DNA from: Camelus dromedarius
Taxonomy: Eukaryota
Direction of reading: 5' to 3'
DNA length: 64,000 nt
Assembly: GCF_036321535.1 (NCBI RefSeq)
Contig: NC_087436.1
Coordinates: forward strand, 95,048,001-95,112,000
Below are positions 36,686-49,981 of the stretch, piece by piece. Every line of letters starts with the position of its first letter. The stretch's first letter is position 1. The position numbers were made by a program, and so were the translations under genes. The notes below the pieces were generated by a model. The model ran no database searches and had not been told where the DNA came from. It worked only from the letters and a program-made list of their open reading frames with translations.

Positions 36686-38814
36686 ACTGAATAATCAAGA
36701 AATGAGAAGGCACAAGTAACTAACATAAGGAATGAAAAAGGGACATAGAAATTAAAAATGTAAGGAGATGATTATGCTTATTATTTAAATCAATAAATTT
36801 GAAACATAAGGACACACTTGTAGAAAAATGTATCTTACCAAAACTTACTTAGGAAGAAATGGAAACTCAAGAATCGAACAGCAATAAAAGAAACTGAGCC
36901 AATGATTTGATTTTCCCTGAAAAAACGCTAAGTTCAGATGATATTACATATAAATTGTGCCAAATTTTCAAGAAATGTTTTGAACAGATAAATGTGATTT
37001 TATAATAAACCTTTTCAGAAAATAGGAAAAGGGGAATCTTTTCCATTTTATTTTTTTAAGGCTAGTATATCTTAGTATCCAAACCCAAAAAAGACAGTCC
37101 AAAAAAGGAAAAATTTACAAGCCAATCTCATTTATAAACATAAATAAAAAGCCTTTTAAACAAAACATTAAGAATCTGGTTGCAGCAATGTATTAAAAAT
37201 GATCAAAATGAAATTTATTCCTGGAGTGCAAGATTGAGGTAGCGTTAGACAATCTATTGATGTAATTCACTGTATTAACTGATTCAAGAAGAAAGACCAT
37301 ATAATCATCTCAATAGTTGTTGAAAGAGCATTCAGTTATATTCAACCATCTTTATAATTAAAAACTCTTAGCAAACTAACAATAGAAGAGAACTTCCTTA
37401 AATCGAAACAGGGTATCTAAAAACAGTGATACAAAATATCACTCTCAGTGATAAAATCGTATTTCTTCTTAAGATCAGAAGCAAGCAAGGATGCCCACTC
37501 TCAGCACTTTTATTCTTCATGAACTGGAATCCTAGTCAGTGCAAAAAGACAAGCAAAAGAAGTGAAAGGTATAAGGACTGAAAAGAAAAGCAAGAAAAAA
37601 GGTATCATTATTTATGGTCAATATGTATATCTGCATAGAAAGCTCAAAAGAATTACAGGGAAAAAATTAAAATTAATAAGGATGATTACAGAGTGGTAAA
37701 AAATAAAATTGATATTCAAGAGTCAATTGTATTTCCATATACCTCTAACAAATAGAAAACATACTTCTTAAAAGATAGTACTGGCAATAGCAACAAAAAA
37801 TAAGGTACCTAGGAGGAAATCTAACAGAAGTTGTATGGGACCATAATGGTGAAAGTTTGGAAACTTTGTTAAAAGATATCAAAGAAGACCTATATAAACA
37901 GAGAGCTAGAAAGGGAGAAAGGAGTGAAAGGAGAAACTCAGTATCATCTTTCTTCTCCAGTTGTTTTACAGCTTCAGGTGAGAACCACAACTGGGTTCGT
38001 CACCAAACTTAATAAGATGATTAAGTTTGGTGACGAACACAGTCTTATATACATGGATACTTGATATATGACAAAGGTGTCATTATATATAGTGAGGAAA
38101 AGATAAACTACTTAATAATTGCTAGTACAATTGATTAGTACATGTGGGAAAAGTTAATTTGGCTTTCTGCATCATGCTGTACATAATTCCAGATAGATTA
38201 AGAACTTAAATGTAAAAGGCAATTTTTTTTAAACTTTTAGAAGAAAATGTGGGTGAGGGTCTTTTTGAATTTAAAGGAGAAAGGTTTCTTAAGACAAATT
38301 GTAAAGAAAACGATGGATACATTCAATACGTTCAAATTAAGAGTTTCCTTTAACTGAAAGATCATAAAGAAAATGAATAGGCAAGGTACAAACTGTGAGA
38401 AGATAGCTTAATAAAAAATGTAAAGTTCTTACAATTTCAAATAGAAAATTTAAAGAAATCCTGAACATTAGTAAGAAAAACAAAACTATCTAACAGAAAA
38501 ATGAAAAAATAGAAAAAGTAGGGAAAACTAGGAGAATGCATTTTTAAACCATGATGAGATTCTATTTAACATTCACCGAATTGTCAAACTTGAAAATCAT
38601 TGGTGAACATATGTGTCAATGGGAACCTTTGTACACTGCAGGTGGGTGTATAAATTGGTACAACTGCTTCGTATAATGATTTGGCATTTTCTAGTAAAAT
38701 CAAAGATGTGCATATTGAATACCCAGCAATTTCATTCAGTGTGTATGCTAGAGAAACTTCTGTATTTGTGTACCAGGAGACACATTCATGAATATTCATA
38801 GTAGTTTTATTCAA

Positions 38815-39420
38815 AAGTAAGCTTTATTGAGGTATAATTTACATACAATAAAATGCTACTGCTTTTAAGTATAAAGTTCAAGGTTTGACAAATGTTAACA
38901 GCGATGTAACTACCGGCACGATCAACATATAAAACTTGCCAGTACCTCGCAAATGTCCCCCTTTCTCCTTTGCAGAAGAACCAGCTATCAGTATAGTTTT
39001 CCATTTCTTAGGATTTCATATAAATGGAACCACATAGTATGTAGTCACTTGTGCCTGGCTGCTTTCTCTTGACATAATGCATTTGAAATTCATCCCATGT
39101 CGTTATTTGTAACAGCAGTTTCCTCATTTTTGTTGTTGAGTGGTGCTCCATTATATGAATATGTCAGGAATTGTTTGTTTATTCACTAATTGTTGGACTT
39201 TTGGGTTGTTTCCAGTTCTTGGCTATGATAAATTTTAAAACTGCCATGAAAATTCCTGTACAGGTATTTGTGTGGACATATCTTTTTTACTTCTTTTTTG
39301 TAAAATCCTAGGAGTAGAATTGTTGGGTCATATGCTAGATATATATTTAACTTAAAGAAAATTAAAATGTTTCCTAGAGTGGTTGTACTATTTTATATTT
39401 CTACCAACAATGTGTAAGAG
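38815..39420 (-). mobile_element. L1MB-like 3' fragment nested in the older L1
   Basis: GCTTTATTGAGGTATAATTTACATAC...TTGGGTTGTTTCCAGTT...GAATTGTTGGGTCATATG. Confidence 0.8.
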
Positions 39421-40958
39421 TAGAGTTCATAGCAATAATATCCAGAACAACAAAAATAGAAACATCCTAAATTTTTACTGTCAGAAGAATAAATAAATTG
39501 TGGTATATTCATTCAAAAGAAGACCATAAATAATTAACTACAGCTATATGCAGCGACACTAATAAGCAAAAAAGCAAGTCATAGATTAATACATACAATA
39601 TAGTCCATAAATGTATGCATTATATTAATGAAATAATGCTATTTAGGAATATATACATTTTGTGACGACTCTGAGGATTGATAAACACAAAATTCACGGT
39701 AGTGTTCAACCTCTGGGAAAGAAGGAGTGTGCAGGGCTGGAGAGGGTTAAGGCGTTCCAAAGATGTTGCTAATATTCTGCTTCTTCAGCTGTGTGTAGAT
39801 ACATGGGTGTGTGTTTATTTGTTTACTCTTTAACAGGCACAATATATTTTATATATGCTTATATATGATATATGTTTACAATAAAAGGTAAAAAGAAAAT
39901 AAAGATAGTAAATGTTTATTTAGCCTCACTCTTTGCTTTTCTTTAAAAAGAAGAGATAATTGACATGGGCATTTGTCCTATATGGTAACTTATTTTCCTA
40001 ATTCTATTTAGTAGTCTGTATACTTTGAGAGACTGCAGTCTTGGTGCTGGAGTGACTCTGGAATGCATTTCTATCTCTGGGAGGGAAAATTTAGATGTCT
40101 GACTCTTGGCAATATTAATGGCAGTAGTGAAATTCATAAATCCTTATTTATGAAGATGAGACTGTAGCCCACCTGATAACAAAAGTGACTGAGCAGAAGT
40201 CATTTATTTCTTAAAATTATATCCAGGGAAGGATGTGTCCTCTATTTCTTTCCTAATTGAATTATTTAAAATTAAGGTTTAAAAACCATCATAAAGTGCC
40301 CTTATAGCCAAATATGAAGGATATATCATCAATTCTAGAAAGCCCGGTTTGTCACTTACTGGATAAGAGGACAGCAATCTGGACAGTAAAGATTTCTCTA
40401 TCTCCCTTCTAGGTCACATCATAGCAATATAAATTCAAGAGGTTGAAAATTTCGTAAGATGAAAAATGCTAGTGAGGAAAATGGAAAGATGGCAAGAAAT
40501 AAGTTTTTCATGTGTTTTAGTAATATCAAAAGCTATAGATTATAGTTTCATCAGATGGTGCATTCCTATCTTCTTCTTGGGACATTATCATTGAAGACAT
40601 TCTTTTAAAAAATTAGTTACAACTTGATTACAACTTTGTTTACAAATATATTGAGACATTAAAAAAATGTATATTTGTATAAAATACAATCTCCACATCC
40701 CAGAACCTTTATAGCAACTCAGGGATAAAATGTGTTTATAGATGGAAATCACATGTGAATTATTACAGAAGCAATTTCAAGTGTAGAGGGCTGGCAAATG
40801 AGCCTTTAATTTATAAAAATAATAAAAATATAATCACCAGCAATAAAACACTTATGGAATTACTATCAAAGTACAAATTCCAGTAGTAAAAAAAGTGCCT
40901 TAATATCAATCAGTAGCTTGATTTTCTTTTAAGTTTGAATCAAGATGTATGAGTAGGA

Positions 40959-41193
40959 TGGGAAGAGATAAATTGGGAGTTCAGGATTTGAAAATACTAA
41001 CTACTATATAAAATAGATAAACAACAAGTTTCTACTGTATAGCACAGGGAACTATATTCAATATCTTGTAGTAACTTATAATGAAAAAGAATATGAAAGG
41101 GAATATATATATGTTCATGTATCACTGAAACATTATGCTGTACACCAGAAACTGACACAACATTGTAAACTGACTACATTTCAAAAAAAAAAA
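40959..41193 (+). mobile_element. Young 5'-truncated artiodactyl (camelid-type) L1 3' end
   Basis: CTGTATAGCACAGGGAACTATATTCAATATCTTGTAG motif, poly-A, 17-bp TSD with 2 mismatches (40942-40958 / 41194-41210). Confidence 0.9.
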
Positions 41194-41864
41194 AAGATGT
41201 GTAAGTAGGAATAATTGTTCTTAAAAATCAAGTAGTTCTTTCATTGTGCTCCACATTATTTAGAAAATTTTAAAAATATATTTTGTCCATATGATTACAT
41301 GAGAAATACTGAAGAAAGCTACATAAAGGTGGAACTGAGTTTGTCAGTAATTTTTCTCATCCTAGTAAATGACTGTAAGACTGAGACTGTCTGAGAGAGA
41401 GGTTACCTGTTCCTAAGTTCATCACTACTGCTACAAAGGGATTCCCAACTTTTATGTAGTGAGCTTTAATTACTTGTGTGGATTAAATCGTAGATAATTC
41501 TATCTTAAATAAAGGATGAATTTTTGATTTTTACTTTGGAATATGGGTTTGCATTTTAATAATACACATTTGAACAATTTTCAAAAGGGTTTGCATCTGT
41601 ACTGCACCACTTGATGCTACCACAACCCCACGAGGTTAGCAGGATCTAGCTGTTATCTCTATTTTGCTAGTGAAAAAATGAGATTTGTGGAGACTAAATT
41701 GTTCAAGTATCTTGGCTAGTAACAAATTGAGCAATTAAAGTCTTTGTCTTTTGTTTTGAACTCAGTGTGCTTTCTATTATACCATTATTTCCATATTTGA
41801 TCTTTGGCTTCAGACAAAAATAAACATTATGATGTCATCCTGTTAAGTTTCATCTTTGGAGGTT

Positions 41865-42350
41865 CAGGTAGGTTGAATAACGGTCACCCAAAGGTGCTAA
41901 TCCCTGGAACCCATAATGGTTACCTTATAAGGGAAGTGTCTCTACAGATGGATTAAGTTAAGGATCTTGAGATTATCCTGCCTAATCCAGGTGGGATTTA
42001 AATCCAATCACAATTGTCATTATAAGAGAGAGGCAGAGGGAGATTTGACACAGACAGCAGAGTAGAAGACAGAGACAGTAGAGACACAGAGGAGATGGCA
42101 ATGTGACCATGGAAGCAGAGATTGTAGTGATGGGGTCACAAGCCAAGGGATTCCAGCAGCCACCAATAGTTGAAAGAGGGGCAAGGAACAGATTCTTCAG
42201 AGGGAGTGTGGTTCTGTGGACATCTAGGTTTCAGACCAGTAAAACTGGCATTGAACTTCTGGCCTTCAGAACTGTAAAAGAATACATTTCTCTTGCTTTA
42301 AGTCACTGAGATCGTAGTAGTTTGCTATAGCAGCCCTCAGAAACTAACAC
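41865..42350 (+). mobile_element. MaLR LTR (MLT1D-like)
   Basis: CTAATCCCTGGAACC...GATTAAGTTAAGGATCTTGAG...CTTCAGAACTGTAA...GAAACTAACACA. Confidence 0.85.
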
Positions 42351-42740
42351 AGAGATACTGTGCAAGTTTTCCATTCCCTGTTCAACTCCATGCAATTGGC
42401 TTGAACTTCTATTTCAGAACAGATGGATTCAGAGGGACCTAAGGTTTGTTCATTAAAACTTACCCAAAAGAGAGAATGGTTCAAATGCTGGGGTTTCTGA
42501 GAACTTCTCAGCGAGTACTTCTCTTCTCTGAAAATTAATAGGGAATGTTGACAAAGTTTGAAAAGAAATATTTAAATGGAGTAGATATTGCTAATTCACA
42601 TAAAAAGAAAGTTTTGTCACTGATAAACTGAAGTACACTGAATCTGCCTAAGAAACACCGAGAGCTTATTGTGTATTTACTTGAATGCCAAAAACTGAAA
42701 ATTTTACAGTAAAGAAAGCTTTTTTTTTTTCCTTTTATAG

Positions 42741-43010
42741 GAAACGTATTGGAGCTATCATGTTTGGAAGTGTGCTTACAACCCAATTTCACCTATTCAT
42801 TCTCCTCTTTAAATTCTCCTTTCGTGACTTTTCTGCAACCAAGAAGAGAAACTCAGACTATTATGGGAATGTTTCTAAATCACTCCAGCTTTCAAAACAT
42901 CACCAGGATTTGCCAAGACATCGCAAGTGAATTTAAAATGTGCTCCTTGTGTTTGGCTTGTGAGTCCAAAGGAAACACGGATTTTATGTCTCAGGAACAA
43001 ACATCAAAAG
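42741..43010 (+). CDS. TMEM156: TMEM156 coding exon 2 (ectodomain)
   Basis: NVLELSCLEVCLQPNFTYS...EFKMCSLCLACESKGNTDFMSQEQTSK; poly-Y TAG acceptor, G|GTAAAT donor; 270 nt. Confidence 0.96.
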
Positions 43011-44049
43011 GTAAATACAAAAGAAGAATGAGAAGAAAATTTATCAAGGATAAATAACCTTATTCTGTTAAAAAAACAAGAAGTATTGACAATATATCCC
43101 AACGTTAAGTCCAGTTGCACTGGAGCACTCAGTGGCGTGGTGCTCGCTGAATGACTTGCAGGCTTTGTATATTAACTTGTTCTTGGTTTACTTTGATTTA
43201 TTGAAAAGAAAATATCTATGCTGAAAATACATCAAAATGCCACTGTAATCCACCTACATTTGATGGGTAAAGGATAGTTTAGCATGCTGTCTTCAAAGGT
43301 ATTGAAATAAAATTCTAAGTAAACTTGTAGGTTCTCATAGTAAAATCACACTTTGATTCCCCAAGGAGTCATTGAATCCTCGATGCATTTGTACCTATTC
43401 TTTGTACCTACTCCTGCCTAACATTCATCCATTATCTATAAATTGTCTTTTTACTTGTTTAATGATCCAGTGAGCTTCTTGATGGCAGGAACTTTGTCTT
43501 TGTTCCCTATGACATTTTAAGATCTTAGAATAGTGTCTACATGAGGCATTTGAAAAATACCTGCTTAATGATTGAATGAACAAATAAAAATTTGACTATG
43601 TATTTTCTGTAATGTCTAACTGAACCTTGCATTTATTATGAGACAAATATATATTATTTAATTAAATCAAATCAATTTGGATCATTGAGAATTAAAATAA
43701 TTAATTTACAGTCATAAAATATACTGGTGGCCTCAAGCCCAAGCATCAAATTCATTGCTTATACCTATTTAGTGGGATCACTTCCTATATTATTTCATAC
43801 TGGCATTTTTTCCCATTCTTTCAGGATGGGAACAAGATTTCTTGGCATTGGCTGTGGATGAAGTAAGATAGATATGTCTTTTTCTGTGTTCTTATTCAAG
43901 TAGTGCTGTAACTGTTGTAGGGTCAAATTAATCAGAAAACAATTTGGGAAAATATCTTTATTATGATAGAGAACTAGGAAGTGTTTTAAGAACTGGCAGC
44001 TCACAGGTGCTACTTCTCTGCCTCCTTGAAAAGTAAAACATTGATAAGT

Positions 44050-44975
<926 letters not shown>

Positions 44976-44977
44976 TG

Positions 44978-45406
44978 TGTTATAGGTTGAATTATATTGA
45001 AGTTCTAACCCCCAGTATCTCAGAATGTGACATTATTTGGAAATAGAGTTGTAGATATAGGCAGTTAAGCTAGGATAAGGTCATTTGGGTGGGCCCTACT
45101 TCAGTATGACTGACATCCTTATAAAAAGTGAAAATTCGGATACAGACACACACACACGTAGGGAGAATGCCATGTGAAGATGAAAACAGAGATCAGGATG
45201 GTGCTTCTGCAAGACAAGGAACACCAAAGACTGCCAACAAACCATCAGGAGCCAAAGGAGAAGCATGGAGCAGACCCTCCCTCACAGCCCTGGGAAGGAA
45301 GCAGCCTTGAAAATCTAGCCTCTAGAACTGTGAGACAATAAATTTCTGCTGTTTAAGATACTCAGTTTATGGCGCTTTGTTATGACAACCCTAGCAAACT
45401 AGTGCA
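44978..45406 (+). mobile_element. MaLR LTR (MLT1B-like)
   Basis: GAAGTTCTAACCCCCAGTATCTCAGAATGTGAC...AGAACTGTGAGACAATAAATTTCTG...CTAGCAAACTA. Confidence 0.85.
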
Positions 45407-45719
45407 CTGTGGGGTGGGAAACATTGTTGTGACCATTTTGGAAAATACAGTGTGTCCCACAAGTCATCAGGGAATTGTTTTTTTTCTTTGAGATGCTCCA
45501 ATTCTATTTCAACCCTACTGTTAGCAGGTTTTCACACTCTTAAAAAATGTAAGCACTTTGTTACTTTTAGTAACTGATACTTTTAGAAGCTGATAACTTC
45601 TTGTTCCTTTTTTTTTTTTTTTTTTTGTATAGGAAGGAGGAGATTTAATTTTGAGTTGTATCTGTTTTCTTACTGTGAAGTACTGTTTTGTAAATAGCAT
45701 TTCCTTAATCTCTTTCTAG

Positions 45720-45980
45720 TTCTCATCATGAAAGGATCAATGCAAGTGAAGGCAAATGATCTTCACTCACCTTGTCAACGTTTTAACTTCACTGTAATGC
45801 CTTCAGTTGACCGCTTGGAGGAATATAACAGCACCTGCAACCTAAAAACCCGCACTAGAAGGTCAGCCACCAAAGAGGAAGACCCCACCAAGGAAACGTC
45901 CATAAACCACGCCTGTAGAATTATGGAACACCCAAATAATTGTATTAACATTTCTTTGTACTTAGAAATGGATGTAAAAA
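45720..45980 (+). CDS. TMEM156: TMEM156 coding exon 3 (ectodomain)
   Basis: (V)LIMKGSMQVKANDLHSPCQRFNF...CRIMEHPNNCINISLYLEMDVK; TTCTAG acceptor, A|GTAAGT donor; 261 nt. Confidence 0.96.
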
Positions 45981-47789
45981 GTAAGTTTTAAGGAAATTAA
46001 AGGGAAAAAGAGAATCTGATACAGACACAAAATTAAGTAAGGGCTACCACATTAACTTCACTGAAAGTCAAATAGTTGAAGAATTTTACTGATGAGATAA
46101 CAAGGCTGGAAAGAATGTCAGCCCTTTTAACTGTTTATTTTTCTTTCAAAATGTGCTTTCTGTGGAGCCTAGCTTCCAGGAGGCTTCTGTGGGTTGCGAT
46201 TTGAGGGGCACTAGAAAGACCCTCTGCTCCAGAATAACTTCTGGGAATGCCTGTCTGCTGTGCTTGAAGTAACACTATCACACTCATGTATTAAAGGGTG
46301 AGATTTCTTTTTAAATGTAAATATACATGTACATTGTGATGTGCCCTTAACTTTTGAATTGATTTAACATGTCTTCTTTTACAGCTGAGAAAGATACCTG
46401 AATTAAGGAGATTTTTGAGGTACTGCTGTGAAGATAGGTGGGGTATAGGTTAGGCATTTTGGGTCACTGGATGACTCTAAATAAAGGAAAGGCAGGAGTC
46501 TGAAAGAGAAAGCTTACGTATTTCTTAACCCTGTTTAAGGTTGATTAGCTTCCTGGTCACTCTATTCTGAATTAACACAATTGATCCCCACTACTAAGCA
46601 GGGTGCCCTTCCTTCACCCATAAACCCTACTCTTGAAGAGCATTTTATCATATAACCATTTAATGAGTGCCTGCTGTATGCCAAGCAGTGTGCTAGGCAT
46701 TGGGGTCACAGAGATAGATGAATGTAAAACAATCAAACAAGTGCAATCACTGTGATAGGAGGTGCTGTCACAGCTGGGGAGGCTGCATGCTGCCATTCCA
46801 GTCAACCTGCACTTTCTCCATGCAGCCTCCTCTCTAAATAAATGTTGACTGCCTCTTTAATGAGGCAGGTGACTGAATCTGTCTATGGATTGTGGTGCCT
46901 GTGAATGGGATACCCAGACCATGAGTCCCACAAGAGCAGTTATCCAAGGGTTATAAGCAAGTTATATATCCTGCTAAGCTGAATAATTACTAGCTGTGTT
47001 TTGCATGCAGGGAAGCAGGTACTTAGGGTGGCTTAGAAAATCTGTAGACAGTTGTGTTTTGGACAGGAAGACAACCTCGTTTAAGTCACTGATTCCTGGG
47101 TCTGCTGGCCAGTGTGTCTTTATGGGATCAAAGGAGACCATGTTAAGCTGTTGCTGGATGGTGACTATCCTTCCACATTGCCTGTCATTTGAATGAACAA
47201 TTTTTTACCTGTATCCTTACTAAATTTAGGCTAGGGTAACTGTATGTTTAACTAATGCATGCACTTGACCTGATCATGGCCATGAGAGCCCCTGTAGAAA
47301 GGAGGTCTGATTAATCGTCTACCCTGGCCTCTTCTATGCCTCAATCCAGCCTCTTTCTTTTTCTGTCTTACACTTTCTTCCCCATTCTCATCTTACTGCA
47401 TCTTTGTTGACTTGAGGGCACATTTTTTGGCTGCTTGACCCAGGGCCAAATTGTTAATCACAAATGGCTTTGATTATGGTACTCTGCTTATTGCAGTCTT
47501 GACCTAGTGATTGTGATGATGGTGAAACTAACACCAACATGACCTGTAAGTGAAATTAACCTTAGAATTTTGAAACCAAACAGATCCCTGGATGCCACTT
47601 GGTCAAGTTTCTTCCTTAAATACATTAGGAAAGAATTCAGGAGAGCAAGTGACCCTGTAACAGTGATGGTTAGATATTCAACTTTTCAGTTAAGGGCAGA
47701 ATATATAGTAGAATCCAGCTGCACCACCATATAGCCTCTTATCTGCTGCATTATTTTACTGCATTTTTATAGTACATTTTTCTTTGCAG

Positions 47790-47909
47790 GTTTTATTTGT
47801 TCCATGAAGATCACTTGGTATGTTCTAGTTCTATTAGTTTTTATATTTTTGTTCATCCTTATTATCCACAAAATACTTGAAGGCCACAGGAGAGTGAAGA
47901 AGTGGCAAA
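47790..47909 (+). CDS. TMEM156: TMEM156 coding exon 4 (transmembrane helix)
   Basis: (S)FICSMKITWYVLVLLVFIFLFILIIHKILEGHRRVKKWQ; TTTGCAG acceptor, A|GTAAGT donor; 120 nt. Confidence 0.96.
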
Positions 47910-48009
47910 GTAAGTATTGAGAAATAAATCCATCATTTGGGATAATTCATCTAATGTCAAGGAACTCCTAATCTTATGTATAGATTCCACTTATCTTTTT
48001 TTTAAGTTC

Positions 48010-48400
48010 AATTTACCATTTACTGAGCACCTACTGTGTGTAGGTGGTGATTCTAGGAAGCCCAAGGAACATAAACATAAATAAGACACAGTGCCAGCTC
48101 TCAAGGAGCTTGGTGTGTCTTTCTCCTGCCCAGACAAGTGAGTAAGAGGGGAAGAAAGGCTGGGTGAATTGGAAGAAGTTGACGGACTGGAGGTTGAGCA
48201 GGAGCTTGGTGGAAGTGAAGGCAGAAGAGAGGCAGAAAAATAGGGAGTGGTGATAAAGAATTTCAGAGTTGGAGATCTTGAGCAGAGTGGTCCTAGGTGA
48301 TGAGTGTGAGCAGAAGTCAATCTTTGATAAGTGTGGAAGTGACACTTTTTAGATTTTTGACTATGAAGAGCTCAAATGTGTAGTTGGAAATCAGGACAGT
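48010..48400 (-). mobile_element. L2 fragment
   Basis: CATTTACTGAGCACCTACTGTGTG...GCTCTCAAGGAGCTT. Confidence 0.7.
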
Positions 48401-48482
48401 AAAAATGATACTCAAAAAGAATTAACAACTAGTATGATATAGGCACCTATCAGAATGGACAGTGACTGTCAACTCCTGGTGT

Positions 48483-48638
48483 GGCCCTGTGGCATGTACC
48501 CATGTGCATACTGGCCCTACTGGTGGGTAAGCATGTAGACATGCCCCTCTGGTGTGTACCTATGGGCAGACTGGCTCCAGTGTTATGTACCAATGCATAT
48601 ACTGGCTCCATGGGCATGTACCCACGCATATACTGGCT
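48483..48638 (+). repeat. Degenerate 30-31 bp minisatellite, about 5 copies
   Basis: Units such as GGCTCCATGGGCATGTACCCACGCATATACT and GGCCCTGTGGCATGTACCCATGTGCATACT. Confidence 0.8.
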
Positions 48639-49897
48639 GAATGCGAGACCTGATGGACAGTTTATAGTATGAGAGGTTGATCTCTTAAAGACAGTATTAA
48701 ATGTATCATTATGAGAATAGCCTTTGAAGACAAGTAGACTTGGGTTAGAATTCTAGTACTGTCACTACTAGCAAGTTACCATGTTTGAGTGTCCCTTTTC
48801 TCCTTTGTAAAACAATAATAATCATCATTTCCACATAGGGTTGAGGTAAGGATTGAACTAAAGAGATTATATAAGAAATTTATCCCAGTGCCCAGTAGTT
48901 TTCAATAAAGGATAGTAGCATTGTGCTGGGTGGGTGCAGTATTTCCCAAGGCTCCTATGTTCTTTACCAGGCGAGGCTGTGTTAGTCCTTTCAGTGGGCA
49001 GAACAAATGGTTGCCTCTAGGTTGGAATTAAACTATCATTCATTCTTTTGGCTAAGTCTTTGTTGGAGATCTTTCTGAGAAGTTTCCTATCAAGTCTTAT
49101 CATTGGTACTTTAGTATATAAGGGTCTAAATGAATTGGTTACTAACATCATCAGCATTGTATATTTGTAGAATAAACATTCTCTGTTTCTGGGTATGTGC
49201 TATTACTTTTATTTTATAGATAAAAAACCCCCGAGCCTCAGAGGGATTGTTTTGTCCGAAGTTATACAGCTTATAAAATTTCAGAATTAAGACCCAGGGT
49301 CTTTCTCATTTTGAAAATTATATTATTTGAAATAAGTGTGTGTCATTTGCAATTAGTACATAGTTTTGAGTTTTTTTGATCCCTTTATCTATAAATGATT
49401 ACATATTAGGAGAGATAGAAGCCAGATAGAAAAAAATGTCTAGAAAGAAACCCATAGTGGGGAGTGACATTCAGTTTTTAGGAACATCTACCCAAATGGC
49501 AGGCTTAGTGGCTTTCAAAGGCTGACCTTATGAATCCAAGCATATGAAGTAGTGAGAAATATCCTGCCACTTAGGACAGTAAACATTATTAAATATTAAA
49601 TATACATCAAATATTCTGTATATCATACCTATTATATATAATAATATAAATAATATTGTGCATATAAGAGGAGATGCATCATGGCATTTATAGCAGTGGA
49701 GAAGCCACTGGTTTTAGAAAGAACCTATTTATTAATGGAAAATAACTTAATAGGGAAAAGCTCTTAATGTCCTGCTACACCGGGCTCTGGTGTGAATGGC
49801 CCATTTTCCTTGGTAATCCTTTGAAACAACATGGGGAATACATGTTAAGAATGTGCAAGCTTATCATCTAAATATTTAATTTCTTTTCTTGGAATAG

Positions 49898-49981
49898 GTC
49901 ATAAATACAAATCTACATCTGTTCTCTTAAGAGGAAGTGATTCTGAGAAACTTCGAACCCTGAACGTGCGGGTTATTTCAG
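49898..49981 (+). CDS. TMEM156: TMEM156 coding exon 5 (cytoplasmic)
   Basis: (S)HKYKSTSVLLRGSDSEKLRTLNVRVIS; AATAG acceptor, G|GTGAGT donor; 84 nt. Confidence 0.95.

Larger units (their letters stand above)
35672..39890 (+). mobile_element. Older L1M (MC/MD/ME-like) ORF2 and 3'UTR, fragmented
   Basis: A-rich ORF2 remnants (AGTTGGTTCTTTGGAAAGA, GCAAGGATGCCCACTCTCA, GACAAAGGTG); interrupted by an MLT1 LTR and an antisense L1 piece. Confidence 0.85.

Noticed and set aside
42749..43057. ORF-track starts and ends for the TMEM156 ORFs here and at 45728-45991
   Set aside because: These are internal exons; the true limits are the splice sites given in the features
48483..48638. CRISPR-like periodicity (~30 bp)
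   Set aside because: Head-to-tail degenerate units with no unique spacers, no cas genes, mammalian context
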